A stretch of 32,965 nucleotides of DNA from Candidatus Heimdallarchaeota archaeon (GCA_015523565.1 WAKA01000121.1:1-32965), one strand, 5' to 3'. Counted from the first letter of the stretch, positions 1 to 8,801 are shown. Program-made: numbers and translations. Notes: generated by a model from the letters alone, not told the origin.

Positions 1-148
1 GGTCCACGTCAAAGACCCTGTTCTCGGTCGGGTTGGTCTGCGATGCCGTTTGCATGGCCTGCCTTGCGGATGGGGGCACCTGTGCCTCTTGGATCTCAAG
101 CTTCAGGGTGGTTTTTTCACACAACATACATTTTGTTTTAATTGCCAT
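1..148 (-). CDS. 5' part of a hypothetical protein with an N-terminal CxxC (runs off the window edge)
   Basis: Manual translation from ATG at 148: MAIKTKCMLCEKTTLKLEIQEAQVPPSARQAMQTASQTNPTENRVFDVD..., open to position 1; AT-rich promoter-like sequence upstream. Not in the ORF track because it is truncated. Confidence 0.5.
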   Translation of the reverse strand, partial: MAIKTKCMLCEKTTLKLEIQEAQVPPSARQAMQTASQTNPTENRVFDVD

Positions 149-202
149 TGGTTTAATTTATTTCTTAAAACTTTTGAATTTATCATTTAATTTATATTCC
201 AT

Positions 203-1411
203 TCAATTGATTGAAGATACTTGTATTTTAACTTGTCTATAATTTTCTTCAAAATTCAGGAATAAAGCAAGGAAGCTTCCAGAAACACTTATTAGATACG
301 CAATCAGGAACAGGGTTTGCATTGGGGAATGGTCAATTGTATCATAATAATAGCTTCCAATTATTGGTCCAAGGATTTGACTGATAGCTACTGAAGAATT
401 TCCAAGACCAAGAATTGTTGCTCTATATTTTTCATTGGTAACTTCTGTAATAAGTGCATTCAATGCAGGAAACATTAATCCCAATCCTAATCCTGCGACG
501 ATGGAAGCTACATTAATTAAAAAGAAGGTATCTGCCTTGATCATTATTAAATAAAAGAATGAATTGATGATCCCTCCAATGAAAATCACAGGTTTTCTTC
601 CATACTTATCGGATACACCTCCAAACAATGCCTGTCCAATTGCAACAGTCATTCCATAAACTGCCACAAATAATCCAAAATGTATTGGTTGCAATCCAAG
701 GTTATCATAAATATAAAATGAAAAACCTGGTTCAACTAACATCCACGCGGCAGTGTTAGCAGAATAGACAAACAAGAAAATTACAAAAGAAAAAATTGGT
801 TTGGGAATATTGGAAAAGGTCAATTTTGAAGTTTTATTGTTCATTTTATTATTTTTGCATTCATCCCAAAGTAACCAATGGGCAAGGAATGCCCCTATTA
901 AACCCATTCCACCAGAAAAAATAAATGGAACTGTAAACGAGGGTACCAACACATAAATTGCACCCCCAATCAATGGTCCAATGACGATTCCAATGGAATT
1001 ACCAGCAGAAACCACACCTATTGCCTTTGCTCTATCATTTTCTAGACTCAATTCTGATGTCAAGGCTATTGATGTTGGAATAATTCCTGCAGAAATCCCT
1101 CCTTCAATTGCCCTAATAATTACCAAGTCTGTAATCGTATTGGCAAAGATGAAAAGGAAATTTGAAAATGCAAAACCAATCAGACTCACAATAATAACTA
1201 GTTTTTTACCATATCGATCTGCAATCCTTCCTGCAATTGGTGAAGCCAAGCTTGCTGAAAATGCCCAAGTTGCACTGATTATCCCCAATTCCTTGACACC
1301 TCCGCCAAAGGTCTCCAAAAATTTTGGAAATATTGGGAAAATGATCCCAAAACCAGTCATTACTGTCATGGTGATAAAGGAGAGGAAATAAACTTGACTT
1401 GAATGTTTCAT
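203..1411 (-). CDS. MFS transporter (DHA1/TetA-like drug:H+ antiporter family)
   Basis: About 12 hydrophobic segments; MFS motif A twice (GRIADRYGKK, GGVSDKYGRK); motif C-like GIVIGPLIGG. Confidence 0.92.
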   Translation of the reverse strand: MKHSSQVYFLSFITMTVMTGFGIIFPIFPKFLETFGGGVKELGIISATWAFSASLASPIAGRIADRYGKKLVIIVSLIGFAFSNFLFIFANTITDLVIIRAIEGGISAGIIPTSIALTSELSLENDRAKAIGVVSAGNSIGIVIGPLIGGAIYVLVPSFTVPFIFSGGMGLIGAFLAHWLLWDECKNNKMNNKTSKLTFSNIPKPIFSFVIFLFVYSANTAAWMLVEPGFSFYIYDNLGLQPIHFGLFVAVYGMTVAIGQALFGGVSDKYGRKPVIFIGGIINSFFYLIMIKADTFFLINVASIVAGLGLGLMFPALNALITEVTNEKYRATILGLGNSSVAISQILGPIIGSYYYDTIDHSPMQTLFLIAYLISVSGSFLALFLNFEENYRQVKIQVSSIN

Positions 1412-1417
1412 GTCTAT

Positions 1418-2233
1418 TCAGTTAACCTGCATCTTTTTGATTTTATTAATAACTTGTTCTCTGAAGTCAATCATCATGGAAACTATGTGTTCATTTATTT
1501 CAATCATTTGTCCTGTTTTCTTTGCTTTTTCTATGTTGTCTGAATAATGAAACACTAAATTCTTGAGAAGATTGATAATTGGTTGATCAATTGCATCAGC
1601 ATCACCATCACCCAATGCAGTAAAAATCAGACCATTATAATCTTTAACATAAAGAAATTCATTTTCAAGTTCTATCTTTCTGACTTTATTGTTCAATGCC
1701 TCTTCCATTATTGAAAAAATTGCAGTAATGGCTCCTGAAAGAAGAACCTCATTCATCTTGCTGAATGCAAGTTCTGGGGTCTTGGAATAGTCAACAGTAT
1801 AATCAAATGTCAAGATTGGAGAACCAGATGCGCTTAATATTAATATATAGTTTAATTTTGGAATATGTGGACTTATGTTTTCGTTTTCTTTTGAAACAAT
1901 TTCTTTTGGCTCCTGAATAGTGGCTGTTTGAACATTTGATTGATTGGGGGGCAGAGGTAGATCAACTTCATTTACATCTTGCGGCATGCTTGACAGGACT
2001 GGTGTTTTGATTGGTTCCCCAGAAATCTTTGATTTCATTTTACGAGCATGGTCAATAAGCATTTTTGCAATATTTTTCAATCGTTCAGTATCTTCCATTG
2101 AAATTGATTCTTTCGCTAATTCAACTGCATAAGTTGCTGCATCAAGATAGCATTCTTTTGCTTTTTTGAAATTTCCATTTTGTTCGCATTTGCGACCTTC
2201 ACGAAAGACCTGAACGACCAGATCAAGATCCAC
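1418..2233 (-). CDS. MIT-like domain + Pro-rich linker + longin-like domain protein
   Basis: GTG start. aa 1-70 follow a three-helix MIT pattern (GRKCEQNGNFKKAKECYLDAA...LIDHARKMK). aa ~127-265 match the Asgard longin pattern (YILILSASGSPI...EVLLSGAITAIFSIMEE...VRKIEL...LIFTAL). Confidence 0.7.
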   Translation of the reverse strand: MDLDLVVQVFREGRKCEQNGNFKKAKECYLDAATYAVELAKESISMEDTERLKNIAKMLIDHARKMKSKISGEPIKTPVLSSMPQDVNEVDLPLPPNQSNVQTATIQEPKEIVSKENENISPHIPKLNYILILSASGSPILTFDYTVDYSKTPELAFSKMNEVLLSGAITAIFSIMEEALNNKVRKIELENEFLYVKDYNGLIFTALGDGDADAIDQPIINLLKNLVFHYSDNIEKAKKTGQMIEINEHIVSMMIDFREQVINKIKKMQVN

Positions 2234-2399
2234 AGTTCATCACTACCAAACCTACTAAGTTATCTAATTTAGTGATTAAAAAAAATTATGACCTGTCTTA
2301 TCCAATTTAACATTTTTTAGTGGAGATTAGATTTGTTTTCTCCCACAATTTATGGTTTGCAAGACAATATTTTTTAAGGAAAGAATTTCATCCTAGGAA

Positions 2400-3344
2400 A
2401 TGACGATTTCAAAATCTGTTGCCTATTTTTTCATGGCAATTGCCGTTATTGGCTGGGGATTTTCCACCATTTTTATCGAAAATGGTCTTATTTACTCTTC
2501 ACCCATTTGGTTTTTGGCATGGAGGTTTTTAATTGCAACAATTCTGTTGGCAGGACCGATTCTTTACTACAAAAAATTGCAGGTCAAGAGATTGATTAAG
2601 TCCAAATGGGTTTTGGCAATTAGTGTTTCTGAATCTTTCGGTCTAATGTTCCAATATTTTGGACAAAACTTAGGTGCATCACCTGCCATTTCAGCTTTGA
2701 TTTCATTGAGTTTTCTCATAATTGTACCATTTCTGTCCATGAAAATTTTAAATGAAAAAATTTATCCATTTCACATCATTGCCATTGGTTTTGGTTTCAT
2801 AGGCGTATTGGCAATTCAAACAGATTTTGATTTCTCAAACTTCAATCCCTTGAATGAATCACAATTTGCAGTTACCTTGCTAGTTTTCTCAGCAATATCC
2901 TATGCATTCTATGTTGTTCTAACTTCAAAGTATAGTACACAAGTCAATACGGATGTAGACATCATATCATTGTTTTTCACAGTTCTTGTTGAAATAACAG
3001 CCATTTCATTTGTTTTTGGATTCATATTTGAGCCAAACACAATAGTTCCCCAATCTGAAGGCTGGATTTGGATATTGGCATTAAGCCTTATATCAACAAT
3101 ATTCGCGTTTTTTGGATATTTCAAGGCACTTTCTGTCATTTCTGCAAATGAGGCAAGTGTTCTATTGTTGCTTCAGGTGCTTATCCCCCTTTTATTTGAA
3201 TTAATTGTAAAACAAATCTCTTATTCTTTCACAAAATGGCTTGGAATTGCACTTGTCATTACCGCAATGGTTGTTGTTGTTTTTGGTTCTTCAAAACTGC
3301 ATATCAAAGAAGTTGAATCTGATAGGGTTTCTCTGTCTCATTGA
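2400..3344 (+). CDS. EamA/DMT family transporter
   Basis: About 10 TM segments in two repeats; typical motifs WGFS..., RFLIA, LNEKI, ISANEASVL. Confidence 0.9.
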   Translation: MTISKSVAYFFMAIAVIGWGFSTIFIENGLIYSSPIWFLAWRFLIATILLAGPILYYKKLQVKRLIKSKWVLAISVSESFGLMFQYFGQNLGASPAISALISLSFLIIVPFLSMKILNEKIYPFHIIAIGFGFIGVLAIQTDFDFSNFNPLNESQFAVTLLVFSAISYAFYVVLTSKYSTQVNTDVDIISLFFTVLVEITAISFVFGFIFEPNTIVPQSEGWIWILALSLISTIFAFFGYFKALSVISANEASVLLLLQVLIPLLFELIVKQISYSFTKWLGIALVITAMVVVVFGSSKLHIKEVESDRVSLSH

Positions 3345-4419
3345 AAATTTCCAGAATATTGTAGAATGTATCTCTTCTTGCAGGAATTCTGTTTGCATCC
3401 AAAATAAACCTTATGAATTCATTTTCTGATTGATAGACACCATGGGTTGCTCCAGCAAATCTTGAAATCCGTTCTTCGAACAATGTTCCACCAAGATCAT
3501 TTACCCCCGCGACAAGTGCAAGTGTTGCAAATTTCATGCCTGTCTTTACCCAAGAGGATTGCAAATTTGGAATGACATCTCCCAAATAGATTCTAGAGGC
3601 TGAAAGCAAAGCCATATCCTCCATCCCTGTTGATCCCGCTCTTGCTTTCCCTATCCTGTAAATCTGTGTATTGTAATGAATGAAAGGCAAGGGTATGAAT
3701 TCAGTGAAACCTTTTGTTTCCTCTTGTATTCCCCTAATTATCTGTATATGTTCTGCAATATCCTCTACAGTTTCAATATGTCCATACATTACTGTTGCAG
3801 TACTCCTTAACCCTTTTGAATGTGCTATTTTGACAACTTCTATCCATTCATCAACTGTCATTTTGTTTGGACATAGGACGTCTCTTACCCTTTGAACCAA
3901 AATTTCCGCCGCGGTGCCGCACAATGTTTTCAATCCTGCACTTTTGAGTTCATCAATAATCGTATCGTATTCTTGATCCTCCTTTTTAGCCAAATGATAT
4001 ATCTCAAATGGGGAAAAAGCATGGATATGTACGTTGGGGGCATTTGCACTAAATGTTTTCAATACTGACTTATAGTGCTCCAAATCTGACTTTGGATCTA
4101 TTCCTGCGGTTGAACAAATTTCACTGACCTTCCTTTGTTGTGCAAGTAACGCCTGTTTCTCAAGTTCCTCTTGTGACATCCGATATGCATGAGATGAACC
4201 TTCATGGGCCGCAAAAGCACAAAACTTGCATCCCACATAGCAAATATTGCTGAAGTTTATATTTTGGTTTCTGATGAATGTAACAATGTCACCAACTTGG
4301 TCTTCTCTTGTTTGATCTGCCAAAGCCATCTGTGAAAGAAGTGCGCGTCCCCTTTTTTTTAGCATGTTAACAAGTTCGTTTTGGTGATCTGACCTATAGT
4401 ATTCAGGTCTGCTGACCAT
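3304..4419 (-). CDS. cofH: CofH-type radical SAM protein (FO synthase subunit 2)
   Basis: NINFSNICYVGCKFCAF (CxxxCxxC), HIHAFSPFEI, GTAAEIL, GFTEFIPLPF and NLQSSWVK. The TEF(I/V)PLPF and WVK forms favour CofH over MqnC/MqnE. Confidence 0.8.
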   Translation of the reverse strand: MVSRPEYYRSDHQNELVNMLKKRGRALLSQMALADQTREDQVGDIVTFIRNQNINFSNICYVGCKFCAFAAHEGSSHAYRMSQEELEKQALLAQQRKVSEICSTAGIDPKSDLEHYKSVLKTFSANAPNVHIHAFSPFEIYHLAKKEDQEYDTIIDELKSAGLKTLCGTAAEILVQRVRDVLCPNKMTVDEWIEVVKIAHSKGLRSTATVMYGHIETVEDIAEHIQIIRGIQEETKGFTEFIPLPFIHYNTQIYRIGKARAGSTGMEDMALLSASRIYLGDVIPNLQSSWVKTGMKFATLALVAGVNDLGGTLFEERISRFAGATHGVYQSENEFIRFILDANRIPARRDTFYNILEIFNETEKPYQIQLL

Positions 4420-4482
4420 AAATTGCTCTCTGAAGGTATGATTTTAAGCATTTATCTTGAAGTAAACATAATTGGCGAATAA

Positions 4483-4537
4483 GGCCAGTGACTCACGGGC
4501 ATTCATTGAATAAACTCATGCCGCTTAAGAACTGGCC
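4483..4537 (-). ncRNA. Candidate structured RNA: long hairpin capped by a K-loop-like tandem GA motif
   Basis: Inverted repeats ggccagt 4483-4489 / actggcc 4531-4537 and ggcat 4498-4502 / atgcc 4518-4522. Minus-strand apex GGCAU-GA-guuuauucaau-GA-AUGCC. About 51% GC inside an AT-rich spacer. Confidence 0.4.
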
Positions 4538-4654
4538 ATCACAATATTTCATTTTATCAAATAAAAACATTGATACCAAAATGATCACAGGTAAAGAGCA
4601 TTATCAGAAAAAATTAACAGCAATTCTTTAATTGATAACTTCTTCAGTTTCTAT

Positions 4655-5515
4655 ATGGATACTTCCAATATTGGAATCTTAATTGACTCTGCCTTGGATC
4701 TGGATAAAAACTTCAGGTCGAGAAAGAATGTAAGAGTGGTTCCAGTTTATGTCAATTTTGGAGAAAAGTCATATAAGGACAGGGTAGACATTTCAATAGG
4801 GAAATTTTTTGAAATGATAGAGACGAGTAAGGAATGGCCAACCACAAGCCAACCACCACCTTCCGATTTCTATGAGGCTTATGCTGAACTTGCCAAAGAA
4901 ACAAAAACAATCTATTCATTCCATATTTCAAGTAAACTTTCTGGGACAATTCAATCTGCCCAAATTGCCAGTAAACAATTCATGGAAGACAATCCCGATG
5001 TGAAAATCAAGATTATCGATACAAAATCTCTTTCAATCGGTGGTCAGGTCGTCATAGAGAAATTCCTCCAATTTTATAGCCAATCAAAGTCTGAAGAAGA
5101 AGTTTGGGAACCCTTGCAAAAATTCATCGATACATTCAAGGTCTACATTGCCCTCTACACATTGGAATATCTTGTAAAAGGTGGTCGTCTTAAAAAATCG
5201 AGGTCTTTTATTGCCAATCTATTCAATTATAAGCCATTGTTGATTTTGGATGATGGTGAGTTGAAACCTTATAAAAAAGCAAGAGGGTATGACAAGATTG
5301 TGAAGTTGGGGGTTGAAGAAGCTTTTTCAGGGAGAAAAAAGGATGACAAATTCAAATTTGTGATTGCAGTTGTTCAGGATCATCAGTTTGCCAAACAACT
5401 ATTGCATGAACTGAATGAACAATATCCGAATGCAACAGGATCAATCATGACAATAGGTCCCGCTCTTTCTGTACATGCTGGACCTCGTGCAGTCTGTACC
5501 ATGACATATGACTAG
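4655..5515 (+). CDS. DegV family fatty-acid-binding protein (FakB-like)
   Basis: LIDSALDL, PTTSQPPP, HISSKLSGTIQSA, IDTKSLS, YLVKGGR and SVHAGP, all typical DegV motifs. Confidence 0.93.
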   Translation: MDTSNIGILIDSALDLDKNFRSRKNVRVVPVYVNFGEKSYKDRVDISIGKFFEMIETSKEWPTTSQPPPSDFYEAYAELAKETKTIYSFHISSKLSGTIQSAQIASKQFMEDNPDVKIKIIDTKSLSIGGQVVIEKFLQFYSQSKSEEEVWEPLQKFIDTFKVYIALYTLEYLVKGGRLKKSRSFIANLFNYKPLLILDDGELKPYKKARGYDKIVKLGVEEAFSGRKKDDKFKFVIAVVQDHQFAKQLLHELNEQYPNATGSIMTIGPALSVHAGPRAVCTMTYD

Positions 5516-6879
5516 AAATTAAAATTATCAATTATATCCTTCAAAGTTATGACTCCTATTTCCTCATTTTCCTCACTTTTGACCACTACAATTCCTGCAA
5601 TCAAAACCTTTTGTTTCAGGGTTACCAATGTCTCATTCACTGAAATATAAGGTACGTTTTTTAAGGGTAATTCTGAAATCTGCATTTCATAGGCATCATC
5701 GGGTCTTTCAATTAACATCTTAAAAACATCCCTTCTATCCAGAGCAAAGTAATGATTGTCATACTTCACTAAAATCTGTGTAATTGTATCGAATTTTCTG
5801 AATTTTGAAAGGGCATCACTGAGTTTATCAGTCAGATGAATTGTGATTGGTCTTGCCAAAACTGGTGATTTACTGTCTAATATTTCCTTTATCGTTTTTG
5901 GGGGTGGAAGGAAACCATTTTGCCTCATCCATGTATCTGAAAAAACCTTCGTCAAGTATCTTTCTCCTGTATCTGGCAAGACAACTACAACAAAGGATCC
6001 TGGAGGTAGTTTGTCTTGGATTTTTGTGATACCTGCCACTGCCAATCCACTAGAACCGCCAACCATTAACCCCTCCTCTTTCGCAAGTTTTCTGGTCCAT
6101 TCAAATGCCTCTTGGTCTGATACCTTGACAAATTCATCAATCACCTCAAAATGTACGTTACTAGGGATGATATCCTCTCCTACCCCCTCTACCTTGTAAC
6201 TTTTTGCCTCAACATCTGTATTCTGGTATTTATGGTAATGTGCCAAGATGGATCCAATTGGATCGACGGCAATAACCTTTATGCTTGGATTCTTTTCCTT
6301 AAGAAATTTTCCAGTTCCACTAATGGTTCCTCCTGTTCCAACTCCTGCTACAAAATGTGTGATCTTTCCATCTGTTTGTTCCCATATCTCAGGACCAGTC
6401 TGCAAGTAATGAGCTTTGGCATTGTTTTCATTCCAATATTGCCTTGCATAAAAACTTCCTGGGATTTCCTTGGCTAATTTTTCTGCAATAGAATAATACG
6501 ATTGCGGGTCATCAGGCTCAACTTCTGTAGGAGTTACTATAACTTCACATCCAATGGCTTTCAATAAGTTAATCTTTTGTGGACTCATTTTGTCAGGCAT
6601 AACCAAAATAACTCGATATCCCTTAACAATACCAACCAATGCCAAAGCTAGTCCAGTATTGCCTGATGTTGCTTCAATTATGGTTCCACCAGGCTTTAGC
6701 AATCCTTCCCTTTCTGCCGCCTCTATCATGGGCAAGGCAATTCTGTCCTTGCTGGAATGACCTGGATTGAAAAATTCAACTTTCGCATAAACCTGGACAT
6801 TTTCATTTGATAACGTTCGCAATTTTACCAATGGTGTATTGCCGATTGTTTCTACAATATTTTCATAAACCTCTTTCAC
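5512..6879 (-). CDS. cbs: Cystathionine beta-synthase (PLP-dependent) with a C-terminal CBS-pair region
   Basis: IGNTPLV, NPGHSSKDRIA (PLP lysine), ATSGNTG, GVGTGGT, YKVEGVGED, LPDTGERYL, plus a ~130 aa CBS-like tail. Confidence 0.85.
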   Translation of the reverse strand: MKEVYENIVETIGNTPLVKLRTLSNENVQVYAKVEFFNPGHSSKDRIALPMIEAAEREGLLKPGGTIIEATSGNTGLALALVGIVKGYRVILVMPDKMSPQKINLLKAIGCEVIVTPTEVEPDDPQSYYSIAEKLAKEIPGSFYARQYWNENNAKAHYLQTGPEIWEQTDGKITHFVAGVGTGGTISGTGKFLKEKNPSIKVIAVDPIGSILAHYHKYQNTDVEAKSYKVEGVGEDIIPSNVHFEVIDEFVKVSDQEAFEWTRKLAKEEGLMVGGSSGLAVAGITKIQDKLPPGSFVVVVLPDTGERYLTKVFSDTWMRQNGFLPPPKTIKEILDSKSPVLARPITIHLTDKLSDALSKFRKFDTITQILVKYDNHYFALDRRDVFKMLIERPDDAYEMQISELPLKNVPYISVNETLVTLKQKVLIAGIVVVKSEENEEIGVITLKDIIDNFNF

Positions 6880-6933
6880 ATGAGTTCTTCAATTATAGCA
6901 TTAATAATTTATTGCTTAATCGCAACTTTCTTC

Positions 6934-7443
6934 TTACTGCCTTAACTTATTGTGGATCACAAAAGCATTGATCAACGTAATTGTATATGTAAAAATTCCT
7001 ATGCCAAGATGGGCAGTGACAATAAGGGGATGCAATTTATATAAGACAGTCAATCCACCGAAAACAGATTGGAGAATTACCAAGATCACAAAAAGATAAA
7101 TGACAAGCTTCACTTCAGGAAACTCGTCCTTGTTTTTCAACGCAATTACAAACAAATGCAGGATCAATGAAATCACGATTAATGCAACAAGCCTATGCGT
7201 AAACTCAGACCACAGCCCCCAATTAAATGTAGCCAATGATTTCTCATTTCCAATGAACCAGTATTCTGCAGATGGAATTAATGACCCATAACAAAGTGGC
7301 CAGTCTGGACAAGCCAAACCTGCCCCTATGGATTTGACATAGCCCCCAAGAACCATCAATAAATACACTCCAACAACAAGAGCATAGGATTCTACTTTAT
7401 ATGTTTGAAGACTGTAAAAAAAAGGACTTTTCTCTTCTTTCAT
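6934..7443 (-). CDS. ctaA: Heme A synthase, half-size (4-TM) COX15/CtaA family
   Basis: GLACPDWPLC, EFTHRLVA and HLG heme-ligand motifs. ATG at 7443 is preferred over TTG at 7452 because TATAAAT lies about 25 nt upstream. Confidence 0.82.
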   Translation of the reverse strand: MKEEKSPFFYSLQTYKVESYALVVGVYLLMVLGGYVKSIGAGLACPDWPLCYGSLIPSAEYWFIGNEKSLATFNWGLWSEFTHRLVALIVISLILHLFVIALKNKDEFPEVKLVIYLFVILVILQSVFGGLTVLYKLHPLIVTAHLGIGIFTYTITLINAFVIHNKLRQ

Positions 7444-7505
7444 TTGGCTCAAGAACAGCCTAAATTTATATCTTTAAAGCAAATTGATAATGCCCAACAA
7501 AAATT

Positions 7506-8801
7506 TCAATCTATGGGTTCATATCTAATAAATTCTCCAAAAGGTGGTTCAACCCCCGTAGTCATGACCCACAAGACAGGGTAATCTATTGCAATTATTT
7601 CAGGATCTGGAAATGAGCCATATCCATCTGTGAAATAAACCAATAGGTCTGGTTGTATTCCCTTTTCAAGAATATATTCAAAGACAGGAATAAAATCAGT
7701 ACCTCCCCTACCTTTGAATGGTCTTCCCTCCCATGGTAATTTGCTCCCATCTATGCTTTCCCCATTTTCATAGACTGAAACCTGTTGAATTACGGCATCA
7801 CAATCTATCAAGGTCAACTTCAATCTGGTCACTGTTGCTAAGATTCCATAAACCTCAGAAACAAAGGTCGATAGTTCGCTGGAGCTTATTGATCCCGACG
7901 TGTCAACTGCAACAACTACATCCATGAATTCTTTTTCTGCACTTGGAAAATGGAAATCATATGACATCATTCTTTTGTTCGGTGGATTCCATCGCCAATC
8001 CACCATTAATGTCTTTTGAATGTAATGTTCCAAAAGTGTCTGCCAAGGGATTTTTGGATTTAGCTCTGATTCTATAAGTTCTCTCAATCCCGATGGTAAA
8101 TACCCCTTATCCTTGTTCATTTGATAGCTAGACCTTAAGATACCCTCAAATCTTTCATATTGCAATTCCATGAATGCACTGTTTTGGAGCTTATTCATTT
8201 CTTCCAATGAAATATGGAAGTCACATTCTTTCGGAACCCCATGTCTATCCGCTAGCTTTTGAAGAATATCATCTGATATCTTATTCCCTTGACTTTCTCC
8301 TTCACCTTCCATTTCTTCTGTGGCTTCATCATATAGCATGTTGTAAATTTCATCTGTAGACATGTCCATGAATTCTTGTTTGTATTTCGATACATCTGGA
8401 ATTATCCATTCATACCTGTTCTCTCTTTTGATTTCATCAAGCATAAGATTTGATGCAATGTCTGCTGACATTCCCCAAATTGATGTATCTCTGCCAGAAC
8501 CCCTTTCAATATGTTTCATTATCAAGTGAAGAACTAAGTGCATCAAAATGCCCTTTATTTCTGGAATTGGTTTGGTTTCCATGTAATCAGGATTAAAATA
8601 CAGATTTCTGACATCAACAGCAACAGTTTTGATTCTTGGATCGTCGACAGGAAACAATTCAAAATGACCCAAAATATATCCGAAAAATGGCATGTCCAAA
8701 TATAATGTCCCCCTTGCTTGGGAAACCCTGTTCATTTGGTATTCTCCCTCTGGTGATGTATCCTTCAGGAATGGGGATTTCCATTCCAAGAACTTTTTCA
8801 T
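7506..8801 (-). CDS. DUF2201 family protein: peptidase-like N-terminal domain plus vWA domain
   Basis: PFFG, TVAVD..LYFNP, HLVLHLIMKH and W..SAD...N, then intact MIDAS elements VDTSGS, GRGGTDF and YFTDG. Start set at ATG 8801 by alignment with its paralog (ORF track gives 8819). Confidence 0.88.
   Translation of the reverse strand: MKKFLEWKSPFLKDTSPEGEYQMNRVSQARGTLYLDMPFFGYILGHFELFPVDDPRIKTVAVDVRNLYFNPDYMETKPIPEIKGILMHLVLHLIMKHIERGSGRDTSIWGMSADIASNLMLDEIKRENRYEWIIPDVSKYKQEFMDMSTDEIYNMLYDEATEEMEGEGESQGNKISDDILQKLADRHGVPKECDFHISLEEMNKLQNSAFMELQYERFEGILRSSYQMNKDKGYLPSGLRELIESELNPKIPWQTLLEHYIQKTLMVDWRWNPPNKRMMSYDFHFPSAEKEFMDVVVAVDTSGSISSSELSTFVSEVYGILATVTRLKLTLIDCDAVIQQVSVYENGESIDGSKLPWEGRPFKGRGGTDFIPVFEYILEKGIQPDLLVYFTDGYGSFPDPEIIAIDYPVLWVMTTGVEPPFGEFIRYEPID

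Noticed and set aside
33-242. 69 aa plus-strand Cys-rich ORF
   Set aside because: TTG start, overlaps both the MFS 3' end and a more plausible minus-strand ORF; no family motif.
981-1391. 136 aa antisense ORF, and the many similar shadow ORFs (5843-6199, 19524-19913, 22531-22860, 26482-26820, 30501-30863)
   Set aside because: They lie opposite well-supported genes and carry no motifs; expected antisense open frames.
3304-3344. Convergent 3' overlaps (also 5512-5515, 17842-17845, 19454-19471, 21438-21441)
   Set aside because: Common in compact archaeal genomes; not evidence of a special system.
4483-4537. Hairpin as a SECIS element or a known riboswitch (FMN, TPP, SAM, fluoride)
   Set aside because: The AUGA...GA spacing is too short for SECIS helix II, no in-frame UGA selenoprotein is evident nearby, and no riboswitch consensus was recognised.
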